A DNA stretch of 64,000 nt from Myxococcota bacterium (GTDB lineage: Bacteria; Myxococcota_A; UBA796; CAJQPC01). Below, one piece after another: positions 16,576 to 26,226 of the stretch. The stretch covers positions 32,001 through 96,000 of the forward strand of contig DASCPX010000137.1 in NCBI GenBank assembly GCA_036012755.1, in the 5' to 3' direction. The notes beneath the pieces are model-generated. The model was not told where the DNA came from and did no database searches. It saw nothing but the letters and a program-made list of their open reading frames with translations. The position numbers and the translations under genes were made by a program. Numbering within the stretch: position 1 is the stretch's first letter; each line of letters opens with the position of its first letter.

Positions 16576-18005
16576 TCTGGTTCCTGGCCTGCACGGGGGC
16601 TCCCGACGTCGAGCCCGCACCGGTCGGTCGGGTCGCCGAAGCCGCGGGCATGAGCGTGCTGAGCCGCGCCGCGGTCGAGCCCGTGTTCGGGGCCCCGATT
16701 CCCTACGAGGGCTACACCGTCACCCCGCTCACCCTGCAGGTCTTCGAGGACTTCAGGCTCCCAGCGGCCCTCTGGGTCCCCAGCGGCGACGGGCCTCATC
16801 CGGCGGTCATCGTCGCCCACGGCCACTTCGGTCAGGGCAAGTCCTCTGGCGAGGTCCAGGGCCCCGCCCACGCCCTCGCCGCCAACGGCTACGTGGTGCT
16901 CGCTGTCGACACCCCCGGGGTCGAGGAGGGCTATCGCAGCGACCGCTGGATCCACCTCGCCGAGGGGGCCCACAACCGCCACCTCCTCGCGGCCGCCGGG
17001 ACCTCGGCGATGGCGCTGCAGCTCCACGGCCTCCAGGCCGGGCTCGACTACCTGCAAGAGCGAGGAGACATCGAGAAGATCGGCGCCACCGGCGCCAGCG
17101 GCGGAGCGGTCCAGTCCTACTACCTCTCCTTCGTGGACCCGCGGATCGAGGCGGTGGTCCTCGCCAGCTACGTGCCCATGCCCCACGAGGCTCGGGCCGG
17201 CGGCTGCACCTGCGACGCCCTGCCCGGGTGGCCCGGCCCTGACCCGGCGCTGCTCGCGGCCTCGCCCAAGCCAGCCCTGTGGCTCTCCGAGCTGGACCAA
17301 CCCGCGCCGGGGGGCCTGCCGCGCTCGGCCTCCTTCGAGGCGATCCCAGGTCCCCACGGCTACTCCGACGCGATGGTGCAGGAGATGCTCGACTTCTTCG
17401 AGGACCACCTCGGCGGGGACGACCGGTTGGTCACGGGCGTGCACACGGGACAGGGGCCCCTCACCAGCGAGGACGTCGGCGAGGCCGGCATTGATGACCT
17501 CGTCCGTTCCTTGGAGGTCGGCGCTCTGCGCAACGCCCCCCTCGAGGCTGGGGAGTTCACGGTCTCGTGCTCCGGGCACGGGGCGACCGTGCTCCTCGCC
17601 GGCGAGGTGGACTCCAAGACGGTCCAGGCCGCCGGCTTCCGGGCCTGCGAGGTCGACGTCCCCCTCACCGAGGTCGACCTCGCGGAGACCCTCATCCGGC
17701 GCCAGCCTGCGCTGGACATCGTCGCTGGCGGGCTGTGGGCAGCCTACGAAAAGCGAGGCGCCACCTTGGTGATCGCTCATCGGACTTGGGGCTACGCCGC
17801 GGAGCGCGCCGGTCTCCCCTACCTCTGGCTGGAGCCGGTCGAGGACCTCGACGACGTCCTGTCCGAGGACCCCCTGTGGGTCCATGCGCCGGGGATGTGG
17901 TGGAACTCGCGGGGCCTGCAGGCCCAGGCTCGAGGCGGAGACCTCAGCCTGCTCCTCGACGCCACTCGGCCACATCCTCCGGAGGCCCCTCCTTCGCCAC
18001 CTTGA
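16572..18005 (+). CDS. Alpha/beta-hydrolase (acetylxylan-esterase-like) lipoprotein; probable CTG start
   Basis: PAVIVAHGH and GATGASGGA nucleophile elbow; (L)IWFLAC lipobox. Confidence 0.8.
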   Translation: MIWFLACTGAPDVEPAPVGRVAEAAGMSVLSRAAVEPVFGAPIPYEGYTVTPLTLQVFEDFRLPAALWVPSGDGPHPAVIVAHGHFGQGKSSGEVQGPAHALAANGYVVLAVDTPGVEEGYRSDRWIHLAEGAHNRHLLAAAGTSAMALQLHGLQAGLDYLQERGDIEKIGATGASGGAVQSYYLSFVDPRIEAVVLASYVPMPHEARAGGCTCDALPGWPGPDPALLAASPKPALWLSELDQPAPGGLPRSASFEAIPGPHGYSDAMVQEMLDFFEDHLGGDDRLVTGVHTGQGPLTSEDVGEAGIDDLVRSLEVGALRNAPLEAGEFTVSCSGHGATVLLAGEVDSKTVQAAGFRACEVDVPLTEVDLAETLIRRQPALDIVAGGLWAAYEKRGATLVIAHRTWGYAAERAGLPYLWLEPVEDLDDVLSEDPLWVHAPGMWWNSRGLQAQARGGDLSLLLDATRPHPPEAPPSPP

Positions 18006-18771
18006 CCCCCCAGGCGATGTAGACCAGCGCGATCACGAAGCAGATGAGCCCCCAGCCCGGTACGTCGATGGGCAGCAGGTCCTCGACCATGTCCAGCCAG
18101 AGCACTGTCGTGATGGCCATCGCAGCGATGCGCATGCCAGCGCCGAAGGGGACCTTGCCGAAGCCACCCATGCCCCAGCCGATGGCGCCGTAGCCGACCG
18201 CCTGCAGGCACCTCCAGGTCACCGATACGAGGAAGGCGCACAGGTAGAACAGGATCGGGAAGTAGAGCCGGGCGTCCTGCAGCATCAAGAGCAGGAGGTG
18301 CTCGTCCATCACGAAGAAGGGCACGGCGCCCAGCGGGGTCTCCCTCTCCATGCCGCCGGCGTTGCGGACGAAGAGCGTGTCGCGGGTCAACAGGAAGCGC
18401 TCGGCTCGCCCGTCCAGGCTGGTCACCTGCCCGGTCGTGTCGACCACGAACAGCGGCTGGCCCGTGTCGGGGTCGTTCCACGTGTAGGGCTGGCTGCGCA
18501 CGTCGGTGTAGACGGTGCCAGCCTCGATGTAGAAGCCCGGGAAGCCCTCTACCCACTCGGCGGCGTCGTCCTCCACGAAGCGCATGAGCCTCCACTCGAG
18601 CTCGGCGGTGATCGGGAGCCAGACGATGACGACCACGAGGTGGAGGTAGAGGATCCCCCACCCTCGCCAGCGAAAGATGACGTCTTGCCAGAAGGGGCGC
18701 TGCAGCAAGGGTGCCCGCCAGAGCGCCACCCAGATGGAGAAGTGCGGCTCTGGGGGCGGCTTCGTCTGCAT
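17944..18771 (-). CDS. DUF1189-like membrane protein
   Basis: N-terminal TM, P.F.I..G / QPY / VVDTTG periplasmic segment, C-terminal TMs. Confidence 0.65.
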   Translation of the reverse strand: MQTKPPPEPHFSIWVALWRAPLLQRPFWQDVIFRWRGWGILYLHLVVVIVWLPITAELEWRLMRFVEDDAAEWVEGFPGFYIEAGTVYTDVRSQPYTWNDPDTGQPLFVVDTTGQVTSLDGRAERFLLTRDTLFVRNAGGMERETPLGAVPFFVMDEHLLLLMLQDARLYFPILFYLCAFLVSVTWRCLQAVGYGAIGWGMGGFGKVPFGAGMRIAAMAITTVLWLDMVEDLLPIDVPGWGLICFVIALVYIAWGVKVAKEGPPEDVAEWRRGAG

Positions 18772-18815
18772 GCGGTGGATTCAAGCACAGAGCGGACGAA
18801 GCGACGCTCCAGGCC

Positions 18816-19490
18816 CTACTTCACCATCGTGATGCAGATCCCGGTGCCGTAGTAGTGGACGGAGTTGACGTTGCTGGAGTCGCACTGGGCTTCGCCTTCG
18901 ATGTGGAAGGTCGGGCAGTTTCCGGAGCGGTACAGCGGGCAGTAGTGGTGCATGACCAGGTCGTTGTCGCCCTCGTCCAGCCAGAAGGTGCCGATGTAGA
19001 TACGCGATCCGCCCGGGAAGCCGTCGTTGTCGGCGTCCTGGACGATCCACTCGTAGCCGCAGTTCGCCCAGCGCGGCACGCCGCTGGGGTTGGAGGCGTT
19101 CTCCACCCGGAAGAAAGCGGACTCGTTGCGCTGAGAGCCGCCGGACTCGGCGATGGAGTCGCTGTAGATGTGGTACCAGCCCTCCGCCGGGGCGGTGATG
19201 CTGCCCTCCATCTCCGTGGGGTCCCAGGACAGGACGTAGATCGTGTCCTCGCTGACCGACTCGATGCCCTCGTCGCAGTCGCCGAAGCGGTCCGGCGGGT
19301 CCCCGTCCGGTGGGTCGTCGTAGTCGTCCCAGGGGTCGGGGCTGGGATCGCCTCCGCCGCCGCCCGAGTCGTCGCCGCCCGAGTCGTCGCCGACACCGGG
19401 ATTGCCGCCGGAGTCCCACGGCTCGGTGGCGTCGTTCTTGTTGAAGTAGGAGTAATCGCTACAGGAGAGCGAAAGACCGAGGATCAGCAT
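18816..19490 (-). CDS. Hypothetical lipoprotein
   Basis: MLILGLSLSC lipobox, D/G-rich linker, Cys-containing domain. Confidence 0.8.
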   Translation of the reverse strand: MLILGLSLSCSDYSYFNKNDATEPWDSGGNPGVGDDSGGDDSGGGGGDPSPDPWDDYDDPPDGDPPDRFGDCDEGIESVSEDTIYVLSWDPTEMEGSITAPAEGWYHIYSDSIAESGGSQRNESAFFRVENASNPSGVPRWANCGYEWIVQDADNDGFPGGSRIYIGTFWLDEGDNDLVMHHYCPLYRSGNCPTFHIEGEAQCDSSNVNSVHYYGTGICITMVK

Positions 19491-19527
19491 GGTCCGGACT
19501 TTCAGTGCCGCGGGGACCTTAACGCAA

Positions 19528-21009
19528 CTACAGGATGAAGGGGTAGTAGTACGTCGCCGCTTCGCTCCCTTCCCACGGTGGGAAGGTGATCTGCGTGATG
19601 GCGCTTCCGAGGCAGGAATCCAGCGAGGTGCCCGAATACTGGCCGCCGTCGATGCGGGCGCTCGACGCCCGACCGCTGGGCTGGATCGCCAGCTTCACGG
19701 TGATCCTGCCACTCGGCAGGCTTCCTGTCTCCTGGCGGTAGAGGCCGAAGCAGCGCTTCACGCCCTTGTTCGACTTGAGCATGGTGTCCAGCACCGTGAC
19801 CGGCACGCCGACATTGCCGGAGCTTGCAGCCGAGGTGCTCTTCGTGCTCGAGCCAGACGACTTGGTGGAGCCCGAAGACGACTTGGTCGAGCCCGAGGAC
19901 GACCTGGTCGAGCCCGAGGACGACTTGGTCGAGCCAGAGGACTTCGATGAGCTCTTCGGCGCCACGTCCGCGGCGGTCTTGCGCTTGACCGTGGTCTTGG
20001 GAGCGGTGACCGTCGGAGCGTCCTCCTCCGGCTCGTCGAGCTCGGTTATGCCGTCGGCGCTGTCCTGGTCCTCTGCCTTCTCCATCTCCGCCAGCGCGGC
20101 GGCGAGGGCGTCGGCCCGATCCTCGATGGTCGGCTCGTCGGCTTCGTCCGCTGCGACGGCGTCGTTGAAGGCGCCCTCGGGGATCTCGGTCCCGCCGAGG
20201 GTCACCTTCTCCTCTGGCCCCTCCGTGAGCTGCACTTCTCCGGCCTCGAAACCGATGCCGGTGAACTTGACCGCGGCGGCTGCTCCGCCGGCGAGGAAGA
20301 GGCCCAGGAACATCGACAGGACGATGCTGGCTTCCTTGCGACCGCGGCTGCCAGTGGCGAGCACGAGCAAGGATGTGATGCTGCTGGCGAGCGCGATGGC
20401 GAGGCCGATGACCTCGAGGGCGTGGTCGCTGGTGACCGCCATCAGCGAGGCACCGGCCATCGCACCGAGGCTGCACATCATGACCAGCGCCATGTCGCCG
20501 GAGGGGTCGTGCCCTTGTGGAGCGAGCTCCTTGATCGGCACTCCGCTGGGGCCGGCAGAGGCCGTCGTCGGCGGGGGGGCCTTGGTCGTCGGCTTCGGAG
20601 CCGGCAGCGGAGGAGGGGGGGGCGGGGGCGGGGCCAGCGTCGGGTTCGCCGGGGGTTTCTGGTGCTTCTCGGCCAGGCCCGGCCGCGGCACGGTCTCGTC
20701 TCCAGGAGGGTCGATCACCGTGGGCGGGATGTCCTCCGAGTGCTCCTCCTCGTCGAAGCCGAAGGTGCTGTAGCTGCCGGAGGCGTGGGCCTGTGCCTGG
20801 GCGCGGGCCCGAGCCTCGATCTCCTCCTGAGAGGTGATCTGCGTGCTCTCTGCGTCAGGGGAGGGGGCGACGCTCTGGTAGCCGGCCCCCGACTTGCGGA
20901 TGATGATCCCGTGGCCGCAGCGTCGGCAGGTCGCCTTGTTGACCTCCCGAACGAGCTTGTGCTCGGGGATCTTGTAGGTGGCGGCGCAGTTGTCGCAGAC
21001 GACTCGCAT
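19528..21009 (-). CDS. Zinc-ribbon, TM and AgmX/PglI (TonB-C-like) C-terminal domain protein
   Basis: MRVVCDNCAATYKIP...CRRC; Pro-rich linker; TMs; C-terminal VKRCF...GRITVKLAI...CL...ITFP...YYYPFIL. Confidence 0.8.
   Translation of the reverse strand: MRVVCDNCAATYKIPEHKLVREVNKATCRRCGHGIIIRKSGAGYQSVAPSPDAESTQITSQEEIEARARAQAQAHASGSYSTFGFDEEEHSEDIPPTVIDPPGDETVPRPGLAEKHQKPPANPTLAPPPPPPPPLPAPKPTTKAPPPTTASAGPSGVPIKELAPQGHDPSGDMALVMMCSLGAMAGASLMAVTSDHALEVIGLAIALASSITSLLVLATGSRGRKEASIVLSMFLGLFLAGGAAAAVKFTGIGFEAGEVQLTEGPEEKVTLGGTEIPEGAFNDAVAADEADEPTIEDRADALAAALAEMEKAEDQDSADGITELDEPEEDAPTVTAPKTTVKRKTAADVAPKSSSKSSGSTKSSSGSTRSSSGSTKSSSGSTKSSGSSTKSTSAASSGNVGVPVTVLDTMLKSNKGVKRCFGLYRQETGSLPSGRITVKLAIQPSGRASSARIDGGQYSGTSLDSCLGSAITQITFPPWEGSEAATYYYPFIL
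19845..19945 (-). repeat. 21-nt tandem repeat encoding SSGSTKS (about 4-5 copies)
   Basis: Visible periodicity within the CDS linker. Confidence 0.75.
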
Positions 21010-21094
21010 CTGGGTCCTCAGACCGGAAAGCGCTGAAACATGGCTTGTTCCGGCCAACACGTCAAGCCATGCCCGGCGGTCTCACAAATCGCTG

Positions 21095-22171
21095 TCAAGG
21101 GCCCTCCACCACGACGGTGTAGGTGGCCACACTGCCCTGGACACTGTCCGGCTCCTCTGTGTTCCCGTCCGAGGTGTTCCAATAGACGAGTCCGGCGACC
21201 CCTCCAGCGATCGCGACGCCGCCCATTGTCCAGAACCACCACTCCTCGGTGATGCGCTTGTCCCGCTGCCTTCCGCGAGGGGCTCGGCTCTTCGTCCCGG
21301 AGATCGTGCCGACCTCCTCCTCGTCTGGCTCGCGGGAGAAGATCGTCTTCTTCGAGGTCCCGATCGGGCCCGAGCCGGCGATGGAGAAGAACTCCTCTTC
21401 CGGCTCGACAACGGGCTCCGATCCGAGCTCGAGGGCTCCGCCCATCATCTCCTCGACCATCTCGAGGTAGATCGGCTCTCCCGGGTAGGGCGGCACCACC
21501 ATCATCGAGCGGCTGGACTCCCCGACGACCTCTCCGCCCTGGGTCATGCGAGCGAAGAGCGTGCCGTCGAGATCGACGTAGCCGGTGACCAGGAACTCGG
21601 CGTCGAGGGCCACGGAGAGGCGCTCGAGGTCGCCGCTGAGCGTCATGCGTGGCTCGCTCTCGTCCAGGAAGTGTGCGGCCTCGGAGAGCGCGCTCTCGAT
21701 GGCTGGGGTCATTGTCGGGGCGCGGGTCTCGCCATAGCCAGGGAAGAGGTAGAGGGCCTCGACGAAGCTGGCGATAGCCTCTGTCCTGCGCCCCTTCTTG
21801 ATCAGCGCCGCGCCGATGAAGTAGTGGACATCGGCCAGCTCGGATCGACGCGCCCAGGCCGAGTCGGCGTCCTCGTGCAGCTCGAGGGCCTGGTTCAGCA
21901 GGGACAGCGCCGAGCTGGGCTCCCCCTTGTCGAGCGATGTCCGGGCCTGCGCGACCAGGCGGCGGGCCTCTGCGATGTCGTCTTGCCGGCCGGTCGAGAG
22001 CCGGTTCGTGACGTCGTACTCGGACAGCGGGAAGTAGCCGCCCTCCTCCAACAGCGCGTCCCGGAAGCCCTGGGGCGCCATCTGGACCTCGTCGTAGGGC
22101 ACGCCGTAGCCGTCGAAGGGCAACACGGCGACGTCCTGGGCAGAGGCCATGGAGAGGAACAACAGCGTCAT
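21095..22171 (-). CDS. Exported protein with TPR-like helices and C-terminal TM
   Basis: Short signal peptide, VAVLPF strand, TPR-like segment, WWFWT..GGVA tail. Confidence 0.75.
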   Translation of the reverse strand: MTLLFLSMASAQDVAVLPFDGYGVPYDEVQMAPQGFRDALLEEGGYFPLSEYDVTNRLSTGRQDDIAEARRLVAQARTSLDKGEPSSALSLLNQALELHEDADSAWARRSELADVHYFIGAALIKKGRRTEAIASFVEALYLFPGYGETRAPTMTPAIESALSEAAHFLDESEPRMTLSGDLERLSVALDAEFLVTGYVDLDGTLFARMTQGGEVVGESSRSMMVVPPYPGEPIYLEMVEEMMGGALELGSEPVVEPEEEFFSIAGSGPIGTSKKTIFSREPDEEEVGTISGTKSRAPRGRQRDKRITEEWWFWTMGGVAIAGGVAGLVYWNTSDGNTEEPDSVQGSVATYTVVVEGP

Positions 22172-22205
22172 GTCTAGAGGCTACCGGAGGATTCGCGGCT
22201 GTGTT

Positions 22206-25139
22206 TCAGGGGGCTTCCACGATCCAGAAGCGGCCGTAGTAGTGGTCGTAGGCCGGCGCCGCGAGGATCAGGTCGTCGTTGCCGTCGCCGCTCCAGTCGT
22301 AGCTCGACATCGCAATCCCGAGGAGGTCGCCGGTGGCGGTCCCGTCGAAGCTAGCGTTGGCGTCGGTGTCGGTGTAGCTGCCGGTTGTGCCGAGATCGGC
22401 CCCGCTGAAGAGGAACACCGTGCCGGCGTCGTCCGCGTAGTAGTAGCTGTAGTAGGTGCTCGTGTAGTCCGGGGCGGCGATGGCGAGGTCGCTGTAGCCG
22501 TCGCCGTCGTAGTCGCCGGCGGTGAGGTTGATGCCGAAGTAGTCCGGGGCCGAGGCGCTGATCGTGATGTCCGCGGAGTCCGCCCTGATCTTGCCGGAGA
22601 GCGCGCTCACGTCGAGGAAGACATAGGCCGTCTGGTCCGTGTACGAGGCGGCGGCGACATCCACCGTTCCGTCGTCGTCGAAGTCGCCGATCACCGGATC
22701 GGTCACGTGGCTGAAGTAGGAGGAGATCCCCTCGCCATAGAGCGTGAGGCTGGCGGCGCTGTCGGCCGTGCCCGCTGCCGAGACGGTCGCGGCGCCGTAG
22801 ATCAGGTAGAGCGAGCCGGAGTTGGTCGTGCCCTGGTCTCCGTACCCGGCTGACATGAAGAGGTCGTCGTAGCCGTCGCCGTCGACGTCCCCGCCCGAGA
22901 GCCCGCTGCCCATGTAGTCCTTGCCGTCGTCGCCGTACCAGTAGGTGTCGGCGTCCGTGAGCAGGTCGTACTCGCTGCCGCTGGCGATCGACGCGCCCAG
23001 GAAGAGGTAGACGTAGCCTTCGTAGGTGTTGTAGTTGCCGTAGTCTCCGTGGACCACGTCGTCCTGGCCGTCCCCGTCGAAGTCGACGCTGGAGAGCACC
23101 TCTGTGTAGCCATAGGACTGGCTGCCAGACCAGAGGACGTCCGCGTCGGCGATGTCGTAGGTCCCGCCCATGGAGCCGCCGTAGAACAGGGCCGCGGCGT
23201 AGTTCCCGCTCCCGTCGCCGTAGTAGTAGTCGTTGGCGCCGACGTAGAGGTCGTCCGAGCCGTCCCCGTCCTGGTCCCCGCTGACCGGGTCCATGTGGCC
23301 GAAGTAGTTGTAGTAGGTGCCGCCGTCGATGTAGGCGTAGTCGTTGTCGGAGACCTGGCCTGCGTAGCCGGCGTAGGGGGCGCCATCGACGAGGTAGAGC
23401 CCGCCCTGGTAGTCGCTGTTGCCCGTGTAGAGGCCACCGAGGGCCATGTCGTCCTGGCCGTCCCCGTCCCAGTCTCCCACGCTGATGCCTTCGGGCCAGG
23501 CGATGTAGTCGCCATAGTCGCCCGTGAGGTGGGCGGTCGCGGCGTCGCTGACGCTCATGTTGTCGACGTAGTCGTCGCAGTCGTTGTCGACCTCGTCCCA
23601 CACCTCTTCGCCGTCCGGGCTGATGCTGCTGTCGGTCTCGTCGCAGTCCCCGTCGTCGCGGGAGTAGCCGTCGCCGTCGTAGTCGTTGCCGGTGCACTCG
23701 ATGTTCGCGTCGCCCGGGGTGCCGGCGTCGCCGTCGCCGAAGACGTCCTCTGAGCTGCACCAGTAGTCGGGCTCGTTCGTGTACGCGGCCTCGAGGTAGT
23801 CGGCGTCGAGGTTCAGGCTGGCGCCCTCCGGGACCGTCCAGTCGGAGGTGACGCGGGCCCGGTTCAGCCAGTTCTCGCCGAGGTAGAGGAAGATGCTGTC
23901 GGTGCCCTGGTCGAAGCTGAAGTCGGCGAAGTCGTACTCGTAGTCCAGGCTGAGCCCGCCGTTTTGGGTGGCGTCGGAGTTCACTCCGAAGACCGCGTAG
24001 TCCCCAGCCGCGACGACGAGGCTGGAGTCCACCTCGAACTCGTCTCCGTCGTTGGCCTTGATCTCCCAGCCGACCATGTCGATGTCGTTGCTGGTCGTGT
24101 TGTAGACCTCGAACCACTCGCCGTCGGTGTCGTCGACGGTCGACGAGTCGATCATCAGCTCGCTGAGGATGATGGCGCCGAAGATGATGTAGTCCTCGTC
24201 GACGAGGCCATCGCAGTCGTCGTCGGCGAGGTCCTGGGCGGTCTCTCCGGAGTCGTAGTAGACGCTCGCGTCGGTGTCGTCGCAGTCGTCGCCGCCGTGG
24301 TCATCGCTGTCCGCGCCGTCACCGTCCTGGTCGTAGTCGGACAGCTCGTCGCAGTTTTGATCGACACCGTCGTACCAGGTCTCCTCTGCGCTGGGTGAGA
24401 TCGACGCGTCGGTGTCGTCGCAGTCGTCGCCGCCGTAGTCGGGGTGATCGTGGCCGTCTCCGTCCGCGTCGTAGTCGGAGAGCCTGTCACAGTCGGTGTC
24501 CTCGCCGTCGTAGGGCGTGTCCTCCGCGCCCGGGTTGATGTCCGCGTCCTCGTCGTCGCAGTCGAGGCCCCCGCCGTCGGGGTGGGTGTAGCCGTCACCG
24601 TCCTGGTCGTAGTCGTCCTCGCCGTCACAGTTGCTGTCGATGCCGTCGTACCAGTCGTCTTCGGCTCCCGGGTAGACGGAGGCGTCGGTGTCGTCGCAGT
24701 CCTCTCCGCCGGCCTCCTCCGAGTCGAAGCTGTCGCCGTCAGCGTCCGCAACGGCGTTGCCGGAGAGCGCCGTGAGGCCATCGCCGCCGTCGCTGGTCCA
24801 CGCGATCTCCGCGGTCTGGGGATCGAAGTCGCTGGGGTTGAAGGTGACCTCGAGGGTGTGGGTGCTGCCTGGCTCGAGGACCGGTATGGAGAGTTCGGCG
24901 TCGAAGGCGCTCGAGCCGGAGATGGCACCGTTGGTCGTGAGGCTGGCGCTCCCCACGCAGAGGTTCGTGACCGTGATCTCGCCGGTCTGGGTCGAGTAGG
25001 GCACGTCCGTGAAGCTGAGCTCGCTGTCCACGTGGAGGACGGGGCAGGCGTCCGGGGCGGCGCTGTCGTCGGTGACGCTGCTGTCGATGGGCAGCTTGTC
25101 CTTGTCGCGGCAGGCGAGGGCGAGGATGAACCAGATCAT
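22206..25139 (-). CDS. Lipoprotein with MopE-type repeats, lamin-tail-like domain and FG-GAP repeats
   Basis: DCDDxDxxxxPGAxDxxYDGxDxNCD repeats; ILSELM...GEWFEVYN; GDxDGDGxDD repeats. Confidence 0.9.
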   Translation of the reverse strand: MIWFILALACRDKDKLPIDSSVTDDSAAPDACPVLHVDSELSFTDVPYSTQTGEITVTNLCVGSASLTTNGAISGSSAFDAELSIPVLEPGSTHTLEVTFNPSDFDPQTAEIAWTSDGGDGLTALSGNAVADADGDSFDSEEAGGEDCDDTDASVYPGAEDDWYDGIDSNCDGEDDYDQDGDGYTHPDGGGLDCDDEDADINPGAEDTPYDGEDTDCDRLSDYDADGDGHDHPDYGGDDCDDTDASISPSAEETWYDGVDQNCDELSDYDQDGDGADSDDHGGDDCDDTDASVYYDSGETAQDLADDDCDGLVDEDYIIFGAIILSELMIDSSTVDDTDGEWFEVYNTTSNDIDMVGWEIKANDGDEFEVDSSLVVAAGDYAVFGVNSDATQNGGLSLDYEYDFADFSFDQGTDSIFLYLGENWLNRARVTSDWTVPEGASLNLDADYLEAAYTNEPDYWCSSEDVFGDGDAGTPGDANIECTGNDYDGDGYSRDDGDCDETDSSISPDGEEVWDEVDNDCDDYVDNMSVSDAATAHLTGDYGDYIAWPEGISVGDWDGDGQDDMALGGLYTGNSDYQGGLYLVDGAPYAGYAGQVSDNDYAYIDGGTYYNYFGHMDPVSGDQDGDGSDDLYVGANDYYYGDGSGNYAAALFYGGSMGGTYDIADADVLWSGSQSYGYTEVLSSVDFDGDGQDDVVHGDYGNYNTYEGYVYLFLGASIASGSEYDLLTDADTYWYGDDGKDYMGSGLSGGDVDGDGYDDLFMSAGYGDQGTTNSGSLYLIYGAATVSAAGTADSAASLTLYGEGISSYFSHVTDPVIGDFDDDGTVDVAAASYTDQTAYVFLDVSALSGKIRADSADITISASAPDYFGINLTAGDYDGDGYSDLAIAAPDYTSTYYSYYYADDAGTVFLFSGADLGTTGSYTDTDANASFDGTATGDLLGIAMSSYDWSGDGNDDLILAAPAYDHYYGRFWIVEAP

Positions 25140-25262
25140 GGGAATCTCCGAGCGAAGGGCGAGAGCATAGTCAAGCTGTCGCCCAGAGCGCGACTTTCAG
25201 GCTTTTCCTGGCAGATTGGCGGTTTCCAGCCGCGTTCTGGTTCGGCTCGACCTGGGCCTGAG

Positions 25263-26222
25263 TCAGGGCTCGGGGCGTGCCTTGGACCGGATGGCCGCCA
25301 GGCGCCGGGCCTCCTGGCGCGCTGCGTCGACCTCGTCCGCGGAGGCCCCGTGGCGGTCGTCGACCGCGAGCAGGTAGTCGCACAGCCACTCGAGGTCCTC
25401 GTCCGGGTGATCGCCGGCGGCGACGCTGAAGCGCGTCGAGCCGATGAAGGCGAGGTGGAGCTCTGTGCCGCGGACGACCTCGACGGCCTTCAGCTCGTCC
25501 CAGCTGAGCCGCTCGGTGCCGACAGCCAGCCCGTGGACATCGACCTCGAGCACGGTCACGCCGTCCTCTCCGAAGAGCTCGAAGCGCGCGGACTGCTCGG
25601 AGACCTGCGCGCGGAAGCTGCCGGGGGCTCCGGTCTCTGCGCCGATCTCGTGGGGGTCTGCGAGGCTCAGCGGGATGTGCTCGTCCAACTCGTAGTCGGT
25701 GCCACCGACCGCGAGGCGCAGGGCCCTCCGAGCGCCGACCAGCGCATGCGAGAAGGCCGCGACCCCCAGGAACCAGGCGAAGCCCAGGAAGAAGGGGGCG
25801 TGGATGGCGGTGAAGAGCTTGACGAACCCGTGCACGGAGGCGTCCACCTCGATGAGCGTCCCGCCTCCGGCGCCGCGCAGCTTGCCGCTCAGCACCGGCC
25901 GCCAGCTGTTCCTTCCGCGTGTCGGGTGGTGCAAGGTGAAGGTGTGCCCCTCGATGGTGCCTTTCAGATCGCCCGATTCCACGGACCTGGAGCTTCTCGC
26001 TTCGGTCCACAGGTGCCCCTCGATGGTGCCCTTCAGATCGCCCGATTTCAGCGCCGAGTGCAGCGCGTCTTTGGTGGCCTCGGGCTCCGCGGGTGTCCAG
26101 CAACGGTAGCGGTGTCGCAGTCGCCAGCGCAGGGGCGTTCCCCGGACGTGGAGGACGAGCAGGGCGACGAGCATCCCTGCCGGGAAGAGGAAGAAGAGGA
26201 GGACCACTGCGGGCTCGTCCAT
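25263..26222 (-). CDS. Hypothetical membrane protein with an internal 69-nt duplication
   Basis: Hydrophobic segments; SGDLKGTIEGH occurs twice. Confidence 0.7.
   Translation of the reverse strand: MDEPAVVLLFFLFPAGMLVALLVLHVRGTPLRWRLRHRYRCWTPAEPEATKDALHSALKSGDLKGTIEGHLWTEARSSRSVESGDLKGTIEGHTFTLHHPTRGRNSWRPVLSGKLRGAGGGTLIEVDASVHGFVKLFTAIHAPFFLGFAWFLGVAAFSHALVGARRALRLAVGGTDYELDEHIPLSLADPHEIGAETGAPGSFRAQVSEQSARFELFGEDGVTVLEVDVHGLAVGTERLSWDELKAVEVVRGTELHLAFIGSTRFSVAAGDHPDEDLEWLCDYLLAVDDRHGASADEVDAARQEARRLAAIRSKARPEP
25944..26047. repeat. 35-nt direct repeat (1 mismatch) separated by a 34-nt hairpin spacer
   Basis: Copies at 25944-25978 and 26013-26047. Confidence 0.9.
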
Positions 26223-26226
26223 CGAT

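Noticed and set aside
25944..26047. CRISPR array
   Set aside because: Only two repeats, coding in frame, with no leader or cas genes; kept as a duplication finding
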